From NCBI GenBank assembly GCA_905178155.1, contig CAJINV010000002.1:10952634-11016633 (forward strand): 64,000 bases of DNA, in the 5' to 3' direction. The notes under the pieces are model-generated. The model was given only the letters and a program-made list of their open reading frames with translations, was not told the DNA's origin and searched no databases. Every line of letters begins with the position of its first letter. Positions within the stretch are counted from its first letter, which is position 1. The position numbers and the translations under genes were made by a program. Source of the stretch: Amoebophrya sp. A120 (taxonomy: Eukaryota > Protista > Dinoflagellata). Positions 60,501-64,000 of this stretch are shown piece after piece.

Positions 60501-61514
60501 CTATTCAGTCTCAGTGCCTCGAGTTCTGCATCTGGGGCCGACGCGGTCGCGGAGGCGGGCCAGCACGAGCATCAGACTGCAGCCAGCCTCTTCCCGTTCA
60601 GTCGCATCGGGGGCCTTCTGCAAGAAAGGTTTCGGCTGATGGCAGAGGAGCAAACTGCGATGAGATTAGAGTTGCAAGAATTTCGCGAAAAAGAGATCAA
60701 GAAGCAGCTGCAAGACCTGGACCAAGATCTCGACTCGCGCAAAGCAAGCCCCATTGCATCGACGCCCGGAATCATGCCCGTCTTTACGGACGATTGCACC
60801 GACCGGTCGGCCCTCCCGATTCGGCTAAGTCTGGGCGGGCACGAGGCCGCCCGAAAGCGAACGAGGACCATTTCGGACGAGATGAGTTACACTTACACAC
60901 AGCAGGAACTACCGCCAGTGATCAAAGAGGGCGAAGTTTTTCCCTTCGAGGGAATGAAGATCTCGACCGAGGAGCAGCGTCCCCGGAGCTTCTCGGATCA
61001 CGCTGGCGCGAACTCTGCCCGGTCCGGGGGTGCGATCGACGGCAGCAGCTTTTTCGCGTCGGCGGGCGGTCAGACCGTGGCGCCAGGAGCGCAGGCCGCA
61101 AGTGCCTCATCGACATCGCAGCCAGATCGGCCGCGACAACGCACAGCCTCGTCAGAAGGAGGAGAACTGGAGCAGGCAAGAGTCCTCGTGGACAACCGCG
61201 ACCGCTCACGGTATCACTCCACTCTCTCTGCCGCCTCCCAGGACCTGCGCGCGTCCAGTCCCATACCGAACTTGCCCGAAGAAGTGCGGGAGCGCGACGG
61301 GGACAACCCACTGGAGCAGCTGGTGCACTCGATGTCTACAAGCACGTCGAATCAATATGCGGCCGCGGCGGAGACTGCCGGAAGTAGCTCCTTTGCGTCC
61401 GGAAAAATGCCATCCGTCCAAGAGGACTTGAATAAAGCTACGCTGGCACCACGAGGACCAGCAGCCGCCCTTACCCAGAGAAACGAAAACCGCAGTTTGC
61501 CTGACATTGTCTGA
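54515..61514 (+). CDS. Very large protein with low-complexity S/P/A/Q N-terminus and central coiled coil; exons approx. 54515-57372, 57530-57569, 57837-57894, 58106-58409, 58655-58690, 58911-59841, 60027-61514 (may continue at 63757)
   Basis: In-frame joins: TMEG|KFASSVRELQASHE|SALAADKEASMEVLQEADQ|AIQQMAEK...QHF|KFQIAHLEDEMK|RVFQNTWK...TEM|VMASARD. Four GT-AG introns and two TIR elements. Confidence 0.8.
57570..57831. mobile_element. Introner/MITE-like element, family C (262 bp), 5-bp DR ATGAG
   Basis: 30-bp TIR TATCAAATGTAAAAATGTCTGGGTCTGGAA...TTCCAGACCCAGACATTTTTGCATTTGATA. ATGAG at 57565-57569 and 57832-57836. Excision is in frame. Confidence 0.93.
57895..58100. mobile_element. Introner/MITE-like element, family E (206 bp), 5-bp DR CCAGG
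   Basis: Imperfect 30-bp TIR TATCAAAAGAAAAAAGTTCGTCACGATCAC...GTGACTGTGACAAACTTTTTTCTCTCCATA. CCAGG at 57890-57894 and 58101-58105. Excision is in frame and can be read as GT-AG (57894-58104). Confidence 0.88.
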
Positions 61515-62231
61515 TGTTAGTTCTGTGAAATGTTTACGATGCGTGCGTAGTGATGGAATTAATTTTTGTGCCATCGCCTACCATAACAAAAAAAAACACA
61601 GGGTGAGTGATCATGTGTTGTGTGGGCACTTTTAAAAAACCGCAAAAGATTAGCAGGAAAATCGAGGAGCATGCGCATCGTGGAAGCCGCCGGGCCAGCC
61701 GCTGCGCCAAAAGTGACAAAATGCAAAGCCGAGGGCCTTCCGGAAGTGGGTTCTTGTCCTGGACAAGACGGAGAGCGTGAGGCCGCAGATATCCACGCCG
61801 GGAGGTTGCCGGCCCGAAAGATACCCAGGGCAACTTGTTGTTTGTTTTTCAGCGCGCCGCGGGTTGCTTCCTATCGTATAAAACAAAGCTACCGAATTGC
61901 GAAGCTATGGCATGACTGCCCTCCCAAGTCCAACGGCCGCGCCGACTGTGTGGCCAGCAGGCTAGAGGGATGGGCGTCGTACTTGCCTGCCCATGGCATC
62001 ACGATGCTGGCACACAGCACGTCCGGCCAGCCCCTGCAGGGGAATCGGGGTAGAGCAGAAGCAGCACACGCAGGGGATTGGTGTGGCTTTTGTGGCACGG
62101 TGCTCGAGTATGGGGCAGCAAGACGGTTCTGGCAGAGGAAGGTCGAGATGGGGTGGCGGCGGCAAGCGTCACAGGCGTGAACCCGTCTGGGGAAGGTTAT
62201 TAATATCGAGCGCTGAGATTTCGGAGCCCGG

Positions 62232-62448
62232 AATCTCATGCCCTTGGCCACAAGGGCATGAGATTTTGGAGCAGGCGACTCTCAGGCCCTTGGCCCCAAG
62301 GGCATGAGATTTTGGAGCAGTCAAAATCTCATGCCCTCGGCACCAGGGCATGAGATTTCGAGGCCCGGAATCTTATGCCCGTGGCCACAAGGGCATGAGA
62401 TTCGGGGGCAGACAAAATCTCATGCCCTCGGCACCAGGGCATGAGATT
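62232..62448. repeat. Tandem array of five 33-34 bp palindromes (period ~46 bp)
   Basis: AATCTCATGCCCT(T/C)GGC(C)AC(A/C)AGGGCATGAGATT at 62232, 62278, 62325, 62369 and 62416, separated by 11-13 nt related linkers. Confidence 0.92.
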
Positions 62449-62977
62449 TCGAATGCGGGTCCGCAGAAGGGCAGGGCCGCCCTCGGTTTCGTCCGCGGCC
62501 CGCACGTCGGGGAACCCCCGCTGCAGCGGGTCCCCTTCTAGCGGCTCTTGGGCGCGAGGCCTTTTGGGGGTTTCCGTGTTTCTCGTTCCTGTTCGGGGAC
62601 GTGGGCATGTGCCCGCACGTTGCGCAAGCCCTCCCCGGCTTCCTTCGATGTGCTCCCGTTGGGCTCCGGGCGCGTTTTTCTATTACCCTGCCCAACGCGT
62701 AGCACGCCCTTACAGGGCGTGCTGTAAGGTGGCACCACGAGGACCAGCAGCCGCCCTTACAATGCCTTTGCCCAACATTTGCCCCAACATTTGGTGCAAA
62801 TGCCATTTGGTGCATTTGCCCAACATTTGCCCCACATTCGCAGGAGCTTGGGGGGTTGTGTTTCATTTTTCGCAAGAAATACGCCAAACCGCCCTGCACG
62901 GAGGCGGCCCCCAAATTGCCCCGCAGGTCCCAGGCGTTCCGGGGGAACTTTGCCCGCTCTCTTGTCTTTTGAGCGCT

Positions 62978-63305
62978 GGCCAGGTTCTGCGTGCGCGCGA
63001 TAGATTTGGGCACCTTGTGCCAGGAAAGTGCCCAAATCTTGAAGCTTAGCACCCCCGCGAGGCTGTTGGCCTGCCGCGGGCCCTTTGTGCAAGCCGAGAC
63101 GCTGGCCATTGGGGTCGACGTGGCCGCCGCTCTCTCGTCTGCTGGGCGCCGGCCAGGTTCTGTGCAAGATTTGGGCACCTTTTGCCAGGAAAGTGCCAAC
63201 GTCTTGAATATTAGCAATCCCGCGAGGCTGTTGGCCTGCCGCGGGCCCTTTGTGCAGTGCAAGCCGAGGCGTTGGCCACTGGGGTCGACGCGGCCGCCGC
63301 TCTCT
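62978..63305 (+). repeat. ~173-bp tandem duplication with internal hairpin
   Basis: Units start GGCCAGGTTCTG at 62978 and 63151 and share CCCGCGAGGCTGTTGGCCTGCCGCGGGCCCTTTGTGCA. Hairpin AGATTTGGGCAC...GTGCCCAAATCT. Confidence 0.88.
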
Positions 63306-63727
63306 TCCGCATGCTATAACGCAACCCCAAAAAGAAGCAGCTTTTTGCTTCTTTCAAGGTCCCCGGTCTGTATCTGCCGCCCGGGCAGAACCGCTGGACG
63401 CCAATCACGACGGCACGGCGCCGCATCAGAAAGCTGCTTGCTTTTGTCACAAAACTGAATCCGCCTTCTACGGCGGTCCTCGCGGGCCACGCCCGTGAGC
63501 CATTCCGCATGCTATGGCGCATCCCATAAAAATACAACTTTTCGCCTTCCCACTCTGTATCTGCCGCCCGGGCAAATGCATTTTCCGCAAAACACACTTG
63601 CACGGCACACATTTTTTTGTTTTGTCTTTTTCAAATGTTTTCAAAAGAAACATTTGAAGTTTTTTGCTTTGCATTTGCTTTGACTGTCATTTGTTTTGAG
63701 GGTGGGGGGGTATTTTTCATTCTGATA

Positions 63728-64000
63728 GCACCACGAGGACCAGCAGCCGCCCTTACAAAAGGGGGTCGGACTGGAACTAGCGGTCCGCCGGCGTCGCTCG
63801 TAGTGGTTGCGTCAGCGTCGGGGGCCTCCTCGTCTTCGTCGTCTTCTGCGAAAGTAGAACCGGAAAAAATAAACCCAGCAACCACAATGATGTCGCGACA
63901 GGAAAGGCAAGCGCGTCCTTCCACAACCAACCCCAGTGCCAGCGCGGCGAGGAGTTACGCTCGGGCATTCGCAAATGCGGCGTCAAAAAACAAGGCCGTC
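63728..64000 (+). CDS. Probable continuation exon of the 54515 gene (3'-partial)
   Basis: Open for 91 codons to the window end in the frame of the 29-bp repeat (APRGPAAALTKGGRTGTSGPPASL...SSSSSSAKVEPEK...). Composition matches the upstream low-complexity protein. Confidence 0.55.

Larger units (their letters stand above)
61446..63756 (+). repeat. 29-bp exact direct repeat x3 (61446-61474, 62732-62760, 63728-63756) delimiting a ~2.3 kb non-coding, repeat-rich insertion
   Basis: GCACCACGAGGACCAGCAGCCGCCCTTAC is identical at all three sites. The first copy lies in coding sequence (APRGPAAALT). Confidence 0.9.

Noticed and set aside
62232-62448. CRISPR array (palindromic ~34-bp repeats with spacers)
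   Set aside because: Linkers are only 11-13 nt and related to each other, there are no cas genes, and the context is eukaryotic. Kept as a palindrome array.
61620-63458. ORFs within the terminal insertion as a candidate transposase or recombinase
   Set aside because: No DDE, tyrosine-recombinase, RT or HUH motifs recognised. The translations merely reflect the DNA repeats.
63631-63930. Minus-strand ORF with an acidic EDDEDEE stretch
   Set aside because: Best explained as the antisense of a Ser-rich + strand frame.

Overview
Eukaryotic, gene-dense, intron-containing DNA. All ~12 reconstructable protein-coding genes lie on the + strand: two giant coiled-coil proteins, a small EF-hand-like protein, a putative secreted protein, a U-box protein, a multipass membrane protein, a WD40 protein, a ~16x thrombospondin type-1 (TSP1) type I membrane protein, DNAAF5/HEATR2 and several hypotheticals. 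The architecture is consistent with a Syndiniales dinoflagellate such as Amoebophrya (inference, not a database hit). Besides ordinary GT-AG introns, coding regions are interrupted by at least 8 clean and about 5 degenerate 140-390 bp elements. Each begins TAT, ends ATA, has ~25-50 bp terminal inverted repeats (TIRs) and is flanked by a 5-bp direct repeat (DR). Removing the element plus one DR restores the reading frame in every case, although 7 of the 8 clean ones cannot be read as GT-AG. Copies of the same family occur in both orientations relative to transcription, five unrelated TIR families share a dense internal GCATNACA motif, and the elements cluster in pairs around micro-exons. At the right end, a ~2.3 kb repeat- and hairpin-rich insertion bounded by three copies of a 29-bp coding sequence interrupts the last gene. 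No tRNA, rRNA, CRISPR array or transposase ORF was recognised. All coordinates and counts were read by eye.
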